Origin: Candidatus Poribacteria bacterium | Lineage (GTDB): Bacteria > Poribacteria > WGA-4E > WGA-3G | NCBI GenBank assembly: GCA_965198235.1 | Contig: OZ240248.1 | Span: forward strand, 448,001 to 512,000 | Direction of reading: 5' to 3' | Length of the DNA stretch: 64,000 nt | Part shown: piece by piece, positions 28,660 through 38,270 of the stretch | Layout of the letters: each line of letters opens with the position of its first letter | Numbering within the stretch: position 1 is the stretch's first letter | Position numbers and translations under genes: made by a program | The notes under the pieces: generated by a model | Database searches by the model: none | What the model was told of the DNA's origin: nothing | The model's input: the letters and a program-made list of their open reading frames with translations, nothing else

Positions 28660-29682
28660 ATGAAAATCATTTGTACTGGCATCAGTTGTTCGGGTCGCAA
28701 AGAACTGATGGCGAATTTTAAAATACTTTGCATGAAAAGAAAGCTGAACATCGGCTTTTTCAACGTCGGCGATGTTATGCACCGCGCCGCCGCGGAGGCT
28801 CGTGTTCATTTTACAGACAAGGTGCTTGATTCGGATCCAGCGGTTTTATCATTGGCGCGACGCACGGCTTTTTATGAAATCGCTCGGCGCGCCGAAGATT
28901 ATGAACATGCTATCATTGGGTTACACGCCTGTTTTCGGTGGCGTGGGAGCCTCATTGAGGGATTTTCCTTCAAAGATATTGACATTCTCCTACCGGATCT
29001 GCTGATTAACGTTGTTGACAACATCACCGATATATCGGAACGGATGGAAAAAACGCCACAATGGGAAGGGATGGGAAAAGCGGCACTCAATGTCTGGCTG
29101 GATGAAGAAGAGTTCCTGACGAAGCAACTCGCATATTTCACAGAGAAGCCGCATTACACGGTTGCCAGACAACACAATCTTGAGAATTTTTATGAACTCC
29201 TCTTTTCACCAAAGCCGAAATTTTACCTCAGCTATCCAATTACGCTCCTAAGAGATACGCCGAAGGAAATTGAGAAGATCCGCAAGATCGGGGAAAAACT
29301 GAGCCGTTCATTTATTGTCTTCGATCCGCTCACTATCAAGGACATGGAACTCGTTACTCCCACGAAAGATGAGGGTGATAACGCACCACGTGTGAGTGAA
29401 ATGGGTCAGGAAGTGATTGAACAGATTCAAACGCGAACAATCTCACGCGATTATCAGTTTGTTCACCAGAGTGATTTCGTGGTTGTCATTTATCCTACAG
29501 ATAAATTATCACCCGGCGTTCTCAGCGAGATGAATTACGCTTCCCGCCATAACAAGCCTGTATATGCGGTTTACCCTGGGACGCGGAGCATCTTCTTTGA
29601 GAACTTGTGTGAACGAATCTTTGATACTTTTGAGGAGTTGGCGGATTTTCTGATTGCGACCTATAAAAGGGATAAGGGTTGA
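28660..29682 (+). CDS. P-loop NMP-kinase-like domain fused to nucleoside 2-deoxyribosyltransferase-like domain
   Basis: ICTGISCSGRK P-loop variant, NVGDVM; C-terminal FYLSYPI...FDP...RDYQFVHQSDFVVV...SPGVLSEMNYA..NKPVYAV. Confidence 0.7.
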   Translation: MKIICTGISCSGRKELMANFKILCMKRKLNIGFFNVGDVMHRAAAEARVHFTDKVLDSDPAVLSLARRTAFYEIARRAEDYEHAIIGLHACFRWRGSLIEGFSFKDIDILLPDLLINVVDNITDISERMEKTPQWEGMGKAALNVWLDEEEFLTKQLAYFTEKPHYTVARQHNLENFYELLFSPKPKFYLSYPITLLRDTPKEIEKIRKIGEKLSRSFIVFDPLTIKDMELVTPTKDEGDNAPRVSEMGQEVIEQIQTRTISRDYQFVHQSDFVVVIYPTDKLSPGVLSEMNYASRHNKPVYAVYPGTRSIFFENLCERIFDTFEELADFLIATYKRDKG

Positions 29683-29837
29683 TACCGAACTGGGCAGCGC
29701 GTTTTCTATAGACATAGCATTTTCTTCGGCTTGCGGGAATCTACTTATCATCAAATCTGTGAGAGATATGCCATATCGTGTTGCATTTGTCTAAATCCTT
29801 AAGTCGAACTGACGTAATTTGTCTAAATTCTGACCGA

Positions 29838-29863
29838 GTGATGCGTCGGCGCATCACCCCTAC
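29838..29863 (-). repeat. GTAG-type REP hairpin
   Basis: GTAGGGGTGATGCGCCGACGCATCAC on the minus strand. Confidence 0.75.
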
Positions 29864-29889
29864 TATAGTTATAGAAAGGCTTTTATCCT

Positions 29890-30423
29890 ATGGTGGATGC
29901 GTATTACACAACTGACGAATCTCATTATAATGAGTGTCTTGAGAAGGGCACTATTGTTCCGACGAAAGATTGGTATGGTAAAAGGTTTTGCATCGAGGAT
30001 TTTTTAGCAGGTGATCACAAGTATATTTTTATGTTTGTCAATGATCTCTATAGTATTTTTGACGACAACGGAAAGGATAAAACTTTCGGTTTTGTCTTGG
30101 ATGCTGAATCATTGGTTACAGAGAGCAATGCCCTTGTAGGACCCGACTTGCTAAACGAGTACCGTTCTCTGATCAACGAGTGCGCAACGTTTTCTGTCCA
30201 ACAGAACCCTGGACTAAAAAATGTCCAATTGATTGTTCGAGGCGTGCTCGCTGGTGCTGTCAGCGAACCGGGGGTTACTGAGACGATGCTGCTTTTCAGA
30301 ACACGTGTATCTGAACTTCAAAACGAGCGTCGGTGTCATGGAGAGGCGGCACTGAAACTTTTGCGAGAATCAACGGAACCGTTGGAGCTGCTCATAGGTG
30401 GGTCTTCACCGTCATCCAGATAG
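29890..30423 (+). CDS. Hypothetical protein, possibly truncated
   Basis: 177-aa ORF with AT-rich 5' half; no family recognised. Confidence 0.5.
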   Translation: MVDAYYTTDESHYNECLEKGTIVPTKDWYGKRFCIEDFLAGDHKYIFMFVNDLYSIFDDNGKDKTFGFVLDAESLVTESNALVGPDLLNEYRSLINECATFSVQQNPGLKNVQLIVRGVLAGAVSEPGVTETMLLFRTRVSELQNERRCHGEAALKLLRESTEPLELLIGGSSPSSR

Positions 30424-30571
30424 CACGATGCCTCCTATTCAAGCAAAGGCAGAAGAACTCGCAGAAGAAAAACTTAAAACCTGGATTAACCCCGAATGAA
30501 AAGATTAGATCTTTTAGCCTTTATTTCCGCGTCCGTTTCATCGGCAGAGAATTTGATTCCGCCACAGTACT

Positions 30572-31471
30572 ATGAAAATCGGTATCCTCTCACGGGGACC
30601 TCAAAACCACTCTACGCGTAGACTTAGCGAAACAGCCCTCACTGCAGGACACGCCGCAGAAATTTTAGATCCCTTCGGTTTCTATCTCCATATTGGTGGC
30701 ACCGGTGACCGCATTACCTATCATGGGAAACCGGCAGAAGACTTTGATGTCATCATGCCACGGCTCAGCCGGACGACAGTGCAGTACGGCGAAGAGGTCT
30801 TGGCACATTTTGAATGGGTCGGCACTCCTGTGGTTAATCGCGCAAAGGCGATTGCGGCGGCACGACACAAATTCCACTCCCTGCGCATCCTTGCGCAGCA
30901 CGGCTTACCTATCCCACCGAGTCTCACCGTCGGTTCCGCCGCGTTTTTAGAGGACGCTGTGGCGGAAGTAGGGAATTATCCGTTTATTTTAAAACCGTTT
31001 CACGGCACACACGGCACGGGCATCATGTTGTTAGATACGCCTACATCGCTTACTTCGGCTGTAGATGCACTGTGTGATCTTCATCAGGACTATGTAATCC
31101 AGTCCTTTATTGCGGAAGCAGGTGGGGTTGACATCCGTGTTCTTGTCGTAGGGGGTGAAGCTGTTGCGGCGATGAAAAGGAGCGCGCCTCCCGGCGAATT
31201 CCGAGCGAATATTCACAAAGGCGCGTCTGGGGAAACGACCACACTGCCAGACGAACACATCCGCTTGGCTGTAGAAGCAGCAACAGCACTTGAATTGGAG
31301 ATAGCGGGGGTCGATCTGCTCCAGACAAACGAGGGACCCGTTGTTTTGGAGGTCAACCCATCGCCGGGATTTGAGGAGTTAGAGTCGGTCACAGGGATCG
31401 ATATCGCTGGTGTGATTATCGAATTTGTGTCGGAATTCGGGCTTACAAAGCCCTCCCACGGACCCCGCTGA
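30572..31471 (+). CDS. rimK: RimK-family alpha-L-glutamate ligase (ATP-grasp)
   Basis: MKIGILSR..STRRL, KP..GT.G.GI, DIRVLVVG..AAMKR...EFRANIH.G, AGVDLL..GPVVLEVNPSPG. Confidence 0.88.
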   Translation: MKIGILSRGPQNHSTRRLSETALTAGHAAEILDPFGFYLHIGGTGDRITYHGKPAEDFDVIMPRLSRTTVQYGEEVLAHFEWVGTPVVNRAKAIAAARHKFHSLRILAQHGLPIPPSLTVGSAAFLEDAVAEVGNYPFILKPFHGTHGTGIMLLDTPTSLTSAVDALCDLHQDYVIQSFIAEAGGVDIRVLVVGGEAVAAMKRSAPPGEFRANIHKGASGETTTLPDEHIRLAVEAATALELEIAGVDLLQTNEGPVVLEVNPSPGFEELESVTGIDIAGVIIEFVSEFGLTKPSHGPR

Positions 31472-31513
31472 TATGGAGGAATTCGGGCTTACAAAGCCCT
31501 CCCACGGACCCCG
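31432..31513. repeat. Exact 36-bp direct duplication of a REP-like hairpin overlapping the rimK 3' end
   Basis: GGAATTCGGGCTTACAAAGCCCTCCCACGGACCCCG at 31432 and 31478. Confidence 0.92.
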
Positions 31514-31522
31514 GTTGTATGT

Positions 31523-32683
31523 ATGGACGATACTCCGAAAAAAATTTTGATGTTCAATCACGAATTTCCACCAATTGGTGGGGGTGGTGGTTGGGTCAGC
31601 TATTTCTTAGGTAAACACTTCGCGGCGGCGGGACATGAAGTGCATCTGATTACCTCTCAGTTTCGTGATTGTCCAATAGATGAGAAAGTGGAGGGTTTTC
31701 ACGTGCATCGCGTGCGTGCGCTTCGGAAGAACCGTGATGTGTGTACAGTCCACGAAATGTTGACTTACGCGGTGAGCTCAAGTCTGTATGGTTTGCGGTT
31801 CGCGAAGCAGTTTCAACCGGACATCGTTCAGGTCTTTTTTGGTATCCCTGCTGGCGGTGGTGCGTATCTCCTGCAGAAACTCCGCAACGTGCCGTATGTC
31901 GTGTTTTTGGGTGGGCGTGACGTGCCGAGCCGTAATCCCGATCCGCCCTATTATCGGTGGTTATACCTGCTCCTGAAGCCGATCATCCGATCGATTTGGG
32001 GCAACGCATCAGCGGTTGTGGCTTGTAGCGACGGTTTACGCGAACTTGCGCGAGAGACGGATATGGCTGTGAAAATGGATGTAATTCCTGATGGTTTGGA
32101 TTTAGGACGCTTTGAGCCGGTTCAACGTGATGCCTGTCCGGAAAAGGTCCGAGTGCTCACAATTGGGAGGCTTATACCGCGCAAAGGTTTCCAATTTCTG
32201 ATTCGCGCGCTTCCGCAAATTATTGAAAACGCGGCACACGACTTTGAAATTGAAATTGTCGGCGATGGACCGTATCAGGCGGAACTCCTAAGATTGTCAG
32301 AAGACCTCGGCATAACGTCACATATCCACTTTGCGGGTTCAGTGCCGTATTCCGAACTGCCACAAAAGTATCGCGACGCTGACGTTTTCATCTTGCCTTC
32401 GCTTGCGGAGGGGATGCCGCTTGTCGTTTTGGAGGCGATGGGAACGGGGTTGCCGATCGTTGCCAGTCGTGTTCAAGGCATTGATGAACTCGTGGTAGAG
32501 AACGTTAACGGTGCGTTGTTCGACGCGGGTGATGTTGATGGACTTGCGCACTCCCTTGTCAAACTGATTAACGCTGGTGAAGGTCGTGTTGAGATGGGCA
32601 AAGCGAGCGTTGAACGTGTTAAGCCTTACGATTGGAAACACATCGCCGACGCTTATTTAACCCTCTATGCCGATATTTTATAG
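31523..32683 (+). CDS. Glycosyltransferase family 4
   Basis: EFPPIGGG, GRLIPRKG, ILPSLAEGMPLVVLEAMGTGLP. Confidence 0.93.
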   Translation: MDDTPKKILMFNHEFPPIGGGGGWVSYFLGKHFAAAGHEVHLITSQFRDCPIDEKVEGFHVHRVRALRKNRDVCTVHEMLTYAVSSSLYGLRFAKQFQPDIVQVFFGIPAGGGAYLLQKLRNVPYVVFLGGRDVPSRNPDPPYYRWLYLLLKPIIRSIWGNASAVVACSDGLRELARETDMAVKMDVIPDGLDLGRFEPVQRDACPEKVRVLTIGRLIPRKGFQFLIRALPQIIENAAHDFEIEIVGDGPYQAELLRLSEDLGITSHIHFAGSVPYSELPQKYRDADVFILPSLAEGMPLVVLEAMGTGLPIVASRVQGIDELVVENVNGALFDAGDVDGLAHSLVKLINAGEGRVEMGKASVERVKPYDWKHIADAYLTLYADIL

Positions 32684-32792
32684 TCTTCAGTCGTCAGTTT
32701 TCAGTCGCCAGCACGAGTTGCTGACGCAACCCTTTCGGCAGTCAGCAAAGAGGGTGTAACTTCACCAGAGAACCTCTTTGCCAATAGCCAAA
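32684..32792. repeat. Heptamer-repeat-ended element with AAAGAGG/CCTCTTT inner inverted repeat
   Basis: cagtcgtcagttttcagtcgccagc...ggcagtcagcaaagagg...cctctttgccaatagcc. Confidence 0.65.
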
Positions 32793-32820
32793 TGGAAAAC
32801 GGAGGTCTAAACGTAAAAAA

Positions 32821-34308
32821 ATGCTGCCAACCAAAATACTTGCTATCGGTGCGGGCGGTTTACAACGCGCCTTAACCCATGAATTTGTCCATATCCTCAA
32901 CCAACGGAACCTCTATGACGGCGGTATCTTTGTCGGTCAGCCGCGCGGCACTGAAAAAGCCGATGCCTTCAACCAACAAGGCGGCGTATACCATGTTGTC
33001 ACGTTCGACATGAGTGGTGTCCATGACATCCAACAGGTCTCAAGCGTCGTTGGTGCGACGACACTCGCCACAGAAGCAGGACGTGAGCAGTTCTACGCAC
33101 AGACGGAAAATCCGTTGGATCTCCTGCTTATCGGTGTAACTGAAGCGGGGATCGCTAAGGGTGAACTGGCGATGGACGTGTTAGAAGAGACTCTCTATCG
33201 CTATTTCTGTCATCACGGTGCGGATGCGACGCTTTGTGTCATCAACACCGATAACCTCCGAAATAATGGCGATATTATTCGCGATATTCTCTGTAATGAG
33301 TATCCGAGACGGAGGGACAATTACGCGGCGTGGTTGGAAACGAACGTCGGATTTCTCAACGAAATGGGTGACCGCCTCGTGCCGCAGGTCTACGCTGTGC
33401 CTGATGAGATTAAAGAGGTGGCGCGTGCACAGATCGAAAGCCAAGATGAATTGATAACCTATGCAGAAACAATGCCGGCGACACCACTTATCCTGGAGGA
33501 TCTGGACGACCTGTTGCGCGTGCCGTTCGGTGAACTTCAAGACTACGGCGTTGTTGTCAGTCGGGAGAGTATTGAACCGTATCACGACTGGAAATTGCTT
33601 TTGGTGAATTCCGTGCATGTGCCTGGGATCACGCACAAAGGAACGCTCTCTGGTATTGAATATGTCAACGAAGCAGCAACACACCCAACGTTTGCCCCAC
33701 ACCTCGAACGTCTGATGAATGGATATGCCGAGATTGTGGAAACAGACATCCCGATAGCCGGGAAAAGCGCGCGTGCATACTCGCTGGAATTCGTTGATCG
33801 TATCCGTAGCGTCAAAGATGACAATGCCCGGATTAACATCATTGAAACCGTGAAACTTCGCGAACGCGCCGCCGACATCGTCCGCTCCCCGAACTATGAT
33901 GCGAGTACAGAACTCTTCAAATCTGACTTCGCGTATTCCTTCGCAACGGTGCTCCGGTTTCTGACACCCCACACAATCTCGTCTCCTGACGACTACAGCG
34001 GCATCACCGATACTGGCGAGGCATACGAAATCCGTGATTCCGACCGGACGATACAGGATGTTCTGAAGGGAGCATTTGGGGCAAGCCGAGTAGATGTAGC
34101 GGAACGAATCGCTACTATTTTCTCAAATGCGGCATTGTGGTCACCTGCTGGCACTGCGTCACCGAGCGGTTTGGACGGGAATCGAGACTTTATGGAACGC
34201 GTCGGAGGATACTATCATCGATTGGTTAACAGAGAGACGTGTCTTGGGGTTTTGGAAAGCATCAATAGCGTATCGGCTGTCAGTAATCGGCAGTCGGCAG
34301 TCGGTTAA
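32821..34308 (+). CDS. Mannitol dehydrogenase-family protein (tagaturonate reductase UxaB-like, divergent)
   Basis: ILAIGAGGLQRA, VTEAGI, TDNLRNNGD, F.N.MGDRLVP, Y..WKLLLVN..H. Confidence 0.7.
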   Translation: MLPTKILAIGAGGLQRALTHEFVHILNQRNLYDGGIFVGQPRGTEKADAFNQQGGVYHVVTFDMSGVHDIQQVSSVVGATTLATEAGREQFYAQTENPLDLLLIGVTEAGIAKGELAMDVLEETLYRYFCHHGADATLCVINTDNLRNNGDIIRDILCNEYPRRRDNYAAWLETNVGFLNEMGDRLVPQVYAVPDEIKEVARAQIESQDELITYAETMPATPLILEDLDDLLRVPFGELQDYGVVVSRESIEPYHDWKLLLVNSVHVPGITHKGTLSGIEYVNEAATHPTFAPHLERLMNGYAEIVETDIPIAGKSARAYSLEFVDRIRSVKDDNARINIIETVKLRERAADIVRSPNYDASTELFKSDFAYSFATVLRFLTPHTISSPDDYSGITDTGEAYEIRDSDRTIQDVLKGAFGASRVDVAERIATIFSNAALWSPAGTASPSGLDGNRDFMERVGGYYHRLVNRETCLGVLESINSVSAVSNRQSAVG

Positions 34309-34407
34309 GAGGCTCTTTGTAACAATCCACAGCAGTTTGGAGTCCTCCCGGAAGAAGTGAATTGTTACTGAACACCTCTTGCTGATAGCCGATGGTTTCC
34401 GATAGCC
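34269..34407. repeat. Heptamer-repeat-ended element with AAGAGG/CCTCTT inverted repeat
   Basis: tatcggctgtcagtaatcggcagtcggcagtcggttaagagg ... cctcttgctgatagccgatggtttccgatagcc. Confidence 0.75.
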
Positions 34408-34408
34408 T

Positions 34409-35356
34409 TTAAAGGGAGATGACCCCTTTTTTGCGTTGAAGGACAGCATCGTAGAACCGCATCGTGCCAACACAGTCGTGTATGCTGGATATTGGCTCTC
34501 GGTCTTCACGAATAGCGTTGACGAACTCGGTGAGACTGATGCCATCGCCTGTTAGTTCCCCGTTACGCTGATCAGAAAAGTTTGAGGTGAAGGTGTTCCC
34601 GGATTCAGTGAAGTGTTGCGCACCCCACAACCCGTCTAAAACGATGTATTCGTGCTGTCCGGTAATCTCGATGTAGTCATAGTTGCGTTGCCATAAGCGT
34701 TGACTGGTTAACTGCAGACTCCCAACCGCGCCGTTCGTGTATTCTACGGAGACAGCAAAGGCACCCTGTCCGTCGACTTCATTGTGAAAGACGCTGAGTT
34801 CCTTCACATCCGCACCGGCGATATGTCTCGCCAAATCGAAATGGTGGATGGCAAAATCGAGAAGATAACTTTTGACGGTTGGGTATTTCCCACTACAGAA
34901 CGAGCAGAAAAGTTGTGTGAGTTGTCCGAAGGATTCGGTTTGCATGATCTGCCTTGCCTCTCGCACCCCGAGGCTGAACCGACGTTGGAAGTTCACCATG
35001 AGTGTCTTACCGTGTTTTTCTGCGGTTTCTGCCAGCGTGATCGTTTCCGCGAGAGAGGGTGCTGGCGGTTTTGGTGTGAATACATGATACCCCGCCGCAA
35101 GCGTTTCAAGGACAAGCGATTGTCTTGGGTCGGGTCCCATGGAGATGATGACTGCTTCCAGGTCTTCCTTTTCAAACATTTCGTGCCGATCGGTATAATA
35201 TCTGCCAGTGCCAAATTTACTGGCAGCGTCCTTTGCACGATTTTCGTCGGCATCACATATGGCTTGCAATGCGACAGGGGCGAGATGTAATGCGGGATAA
35301 ATGGTGTGCCTGGCAAAACCGCCAGCACCGAGAAATCCAATTCGAAGAGGTTCCAT
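34409..35356 (-). CDS. Gfo/Idh/MocA family oxidoreductase
   Basis: LRIGFLGAGGFA, HVFTPKP, LLDFAIHHFD. Confidence 0.9.
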   Translation of the reverse strand: MEPLRIGFLGAGGFARHTIYPALHLAPVALQAICDADENRAKDAASKFGTGRYYTDRHEMFEKEDLEAVIISMGPDPRQSLVLETLAAGYHVFTPKPPAPSLAETITLAETAEKHGKTLMVNFQRRFSLGVREARQIMQTESFGQLTQLFCSFCSGKYPTVKSYLLDFAIHHFDLARHIAGADVKELSVFHNEVDGQGAFAVSVEYTNGAVGSLQLTSQRLWQRNYDYIEITGQHEYIVLDGLWGAQHFTESGNTFTSNFSDQRNGELTGDGISLTEFVNAIREDREPISSIHDCVGTMRFYDAVLQRKKGVISL

Positions 35357-35581
35357 ATCTGTTTCCTTACCGTTAGGCACAATGGAGTGTGCCTACTATT
35401 AAAGTTTGTATGAACTTTAGCACAATCGTGGAGTGCTGTAAAGGAAAATTTTTGGGGTGTCGGGCAAACGATAAAAATTTCAATTCAACCTAATTGCGGA
35501 AATTATGTCAAAAGATAAAGTGCAGGATTTCTGATTGCTGCGGTTATAATATAAAAAATTTGGATAGGAACAAAATAGAGA

Positions 35582-36967
35582 ATGCCTAAAGTAGGAGGGG
35601 TTTCTAACCCCGATACCAATACGCGAAACTTCCGATTTGGGATACTCCAAGGCACCTTCATGCGTATCAACTTCGCGTTTGCGGATTCATCGACGGTGCT
35701 TCCTGCTTTTATCTATAAACTCAGTGGTTCCGATATTCTGGTGGGTTTAACGGGTTCAATGATGACGGCAGGATGGATGTGGCCCCAACTGCTGATGTCG
35801 AACCTGCTTGAACATCGACCGAGAAAAATGCCGTTTTACGCGCTCGGTATGAGCGTTCGTGTTTTGGCGTGGCTTTCTATCTTTTTCTGTACTATCACAA
35901 TCGGTGAGCAGAACCCAATGCTGCTTGCTGCATCCTTTCTGGGTCTCTATTTCATATCCTCCTCCGCCATGGGCGTTTCGACACTTCCGTACATGGATAT
36001 TGTTTCTAAAGCGATAGCACCGCAGCAGCGCGCCCGTTTCTTTAGCCTGCGGCAACTATACGGTGGTTTTTTCGCAATCTGGGTTGGATTTCTTGTTCGT
36101 GCGGTGCTCGGGGACGAATCCGAATTTACCGGTATACTCGGTAGTATTACGCAAACTTTCAAAACGGTCACGATGTATTTTATCGGCTCCGTTTGTCGTC
36201 TGGAGACCGATCTTGGGTTTCCGTATAACTATGCTTTTCTCTTTGTCTGTTCGGTGGCAGCAGCGTTCTTCTCTTTCGTGAGTTTTTTAGGCGTGCGCGA
36301 GCCTATTCATCCTGTCCATCCGAGGCGTCAACCAATATGGCAACATTTAAAGCACGGGGCGTACTTCCTGCGGACAGACGCAAATTATCGGCGTTTCATT
36401 CTCTTCCGCGTTTTTGCACACTTTTCCGGGATGGCAGCCCCTTTCTACATGCCGTATGCATTGAATGAGTTAGGATTTTCAGAAGCGACGATGGGATTTT
36501 TCATCGTCTGTTCTGCGTTGAGTGGTGTGGTTTCAAACGCATTGTGGGGACATATCGGCGAAAAGTATGGTGTTCGATGGTTGCTAATTATCACGGCAGC
36601 ACTGATGGGCATTCCTCCTGCACTCGCCTTTTCTTCGGGCATATTGCCGACTTCATTACAGATGCCTGCCTTCCTCCTGATTTTCATCGTTGGAGGTGTA
36701 TTGTCAAACGGAATGATGGTAGGTTTTATGGCATACATGTTGAATATCGCGCCGCCTCGGAACCGTCCGAGTTACATCGGTTTCATGAACACGCTGCTCA
36801 TGCCTGTGAGTTTTGGGCCTCTTCTTGCTGGACTTCTTGCCCCTCATATCGGTTATCGGTGGTTGTTCGCTATATCGGTAGGTATCTGTCTCGCTGCTTT
36901 CCGTATTGGAACACAGTTAGAGGAAATCATGCACGAAGATGAGATGGCGGAAGAAACTGACGACTAA
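35582..36967 (+). CDS. MFS transporter
   Basis: About 12 TM helices; WGHIGEKYGVR motif A-like loop. Confidence 0.88.
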   Translation: MPKVGGVSNPDTNTRNFRFGILQGTFMRINFAFADSSTVLPAFIYKLSGSDILVGLTGSMMTAGWMWPQLLMSNLLEHRPRKMPFYALGMSVRVLAWLSIFFCTITIGEQNPMLLAASFLGLYFISSSAMGVSTLPYMDIVSKAIAPQQRARFFSLRQLYGGFFAIWVGFLVRAVLGDESEFTGILGSITQTFKTVTMYFIGSVCRLETDLGFPYNYAFLFVCSVAAAFFSFVSFLGVREPIHPVHPRRQPIWQHLKHGAYFLRTDANYRRFILFRVFAHFSGMAAPFYMPYALNELGFSEATMGFFIVCSALSGVVSNALWGHIGEKYGVRWLLIITAALMGIPPALAFSSGILPTSLQMPAFLLIFIVGGVLSNGMMVGFMAYMLNIAPPRNRPSYIGFMNTLLMPVSFGPLLAGLLAPHIGYRWLFAISVGICLAAFRIGTQLEEIMHEDEMAEETDD

Positions 36968-37030
36968 AATATAGCAATTCTGTCTCAATTACTTACGTAG
37001 TAGATTTTAGAATCACTTAGACATTATGAG

Positions 37031-37145
37031 CGGGCACCCACAAGGAGTGCCCCTACAAGATGTTTACTTATCTCTATAATCCAGTATAGTTTTCGGTTTT
37101 CTGTCCGTTTTAGGTGGGGGATCACGACCTGGAGGTCGCTTCTAC
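37031..37145 (-). repeat. Two GTAG-type REP hairpins (37031-37056, 37121-37145)
   Basis: GTAGGGGCACTCCTTGTGGGTGCCCG and GTAGAAGCGACCTCCAGGTCGTGAT on the minus strand. Confidence 0.8.
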
Positions 37146-37220
37146 AGAGATGTGTATTTCTGCGGATTTCCGCCACCTACAGAAGAACTGAATACCTTTA
37201 TTCAAGGAACGGAGGTTTGG

Positions 37221-38234
37221 ATGAAAGTCGTTGCAAAATTCGGTCCCGAAAGTGCGGGCTTAATAGATAAACCTGACCCGGTTGCCAAGGGCGAGTTCGT
37301 TGTCGTCAAAATTCATTCAGCGCCGATGTGTACGGAATACAAAGGCTTCAAAAGCGAGCATAAAGGCGACGGTTTCGGCCACGAAGCCGCTGGTGAAGTG
37401 GTAGAAGTCGCACAGGAAGGCACTGTCAAGGTAGGCGACCGCGTTGTCGTGATGCCACACTACCCGTGTGGAAAGTGTCATCTCTGCTTAGCAGGCGAAT
37501 ATGCCCACTGTCCGGACGACCACAAGATCCTACACGTTACCGAACAGACTGGTGTGACGGCGACCTACGCGCAGTACATTCTTAAACAGGACTGGCTGCT
37601 CGTGCCAATTCCGGAGGAAATCTCCTATCATCACGCTGGAATGGCATGTTGTGGGCTTGGATCGACATCGAATGCCATGCGGTTGATGAATGTCAACGCG
37701 TTTGATACTGTTCTGATTACGGGGATGGGACCTATTGGGCTTGGTGGCGTGATTAACGCAGTGTATAGGGGTGCGCACGTCATCGCTGTTGAGAGCCATC
37801 CGTATCGGGCGGACCTGGCGAAAAAACTCGGTGCGGCGGAAGTCGTCAATCCGCAGGATGAGGATGTCGCCGATCAGATTCGGGATTTGACAGGTGGCAG
37901 GGGTATCGACAAAGGTGTGGAGTGTTCAGCGGCTTCCGCAGCAGTCCGATTATTGATTGACATAACACGCCCAAAAGGACAAATCGCATTGATTGGTGGA
38001 ATTGGTGAAGTGGCAATTCAGGGGAGTGGTATTATCAATAAAGGCTTGACATTACACGGCACGCGGCATTACAACCTCGCAGACGCACCTGCTATGATGC
38101 GGCTGATTGCGCAGATACCGCAACAGTTAGATACATTCATCACACACACCTTCCCTATGAGCAGCATTCAGGAGGCGTGGGCGTTGCAGTGTACACATAA
38201 CTGCGGGAAAGTTGTCCTTGAGGCGTGGGCATAA
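37221..38234 (+). CDS. Zinc-dependent alcohol dehydrogenase (MDR family)
   Basis: GHEAAGEV, CGKCHLC..G...HC, GMGPIGL. Confidence 0.92.
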   Translation: MKVVAKFGPESAGLIDKPDPVAKGEFVVVKIHSAPMCTEYKGFKSEHKGDGFGHEAAGEVVEVAQEGTVKVGDRVVVMPHYPCGKCHLCLAGEYAHCPDDHKILHVTEQTGVTATYAQYILKQDWLLVPIPEEISYHHAGMACCGLGSTSNAMRLMNVNAFDTVLITGMGPIGLGGVINAVYRGAHVIAVESHPYRADLAKKLGAAEVVNPQDEDVADQIRDLTGGRGIDKGVECSAASAAVRLLIDITRPKGQIALIGGIGEVAIQGSGIINKGLTLHGTRHYNLADAPAMMRLIAQIPQQLDTFITHTFPMSSIQEAWALQCTHNCGKVVLEAWA

Positions 38235-38270
38235 AATTAACCGGACCTGCTTCGACGAAGGAAGATTGTT

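Noticed and set aside
33181-33972. Long antisense ORFs (also 12914-13609, 15415-16062, 24161-24796, 47996-48610)
   Set aside because: Shadow frames opposite well-supported genes; no recognisable motifs.
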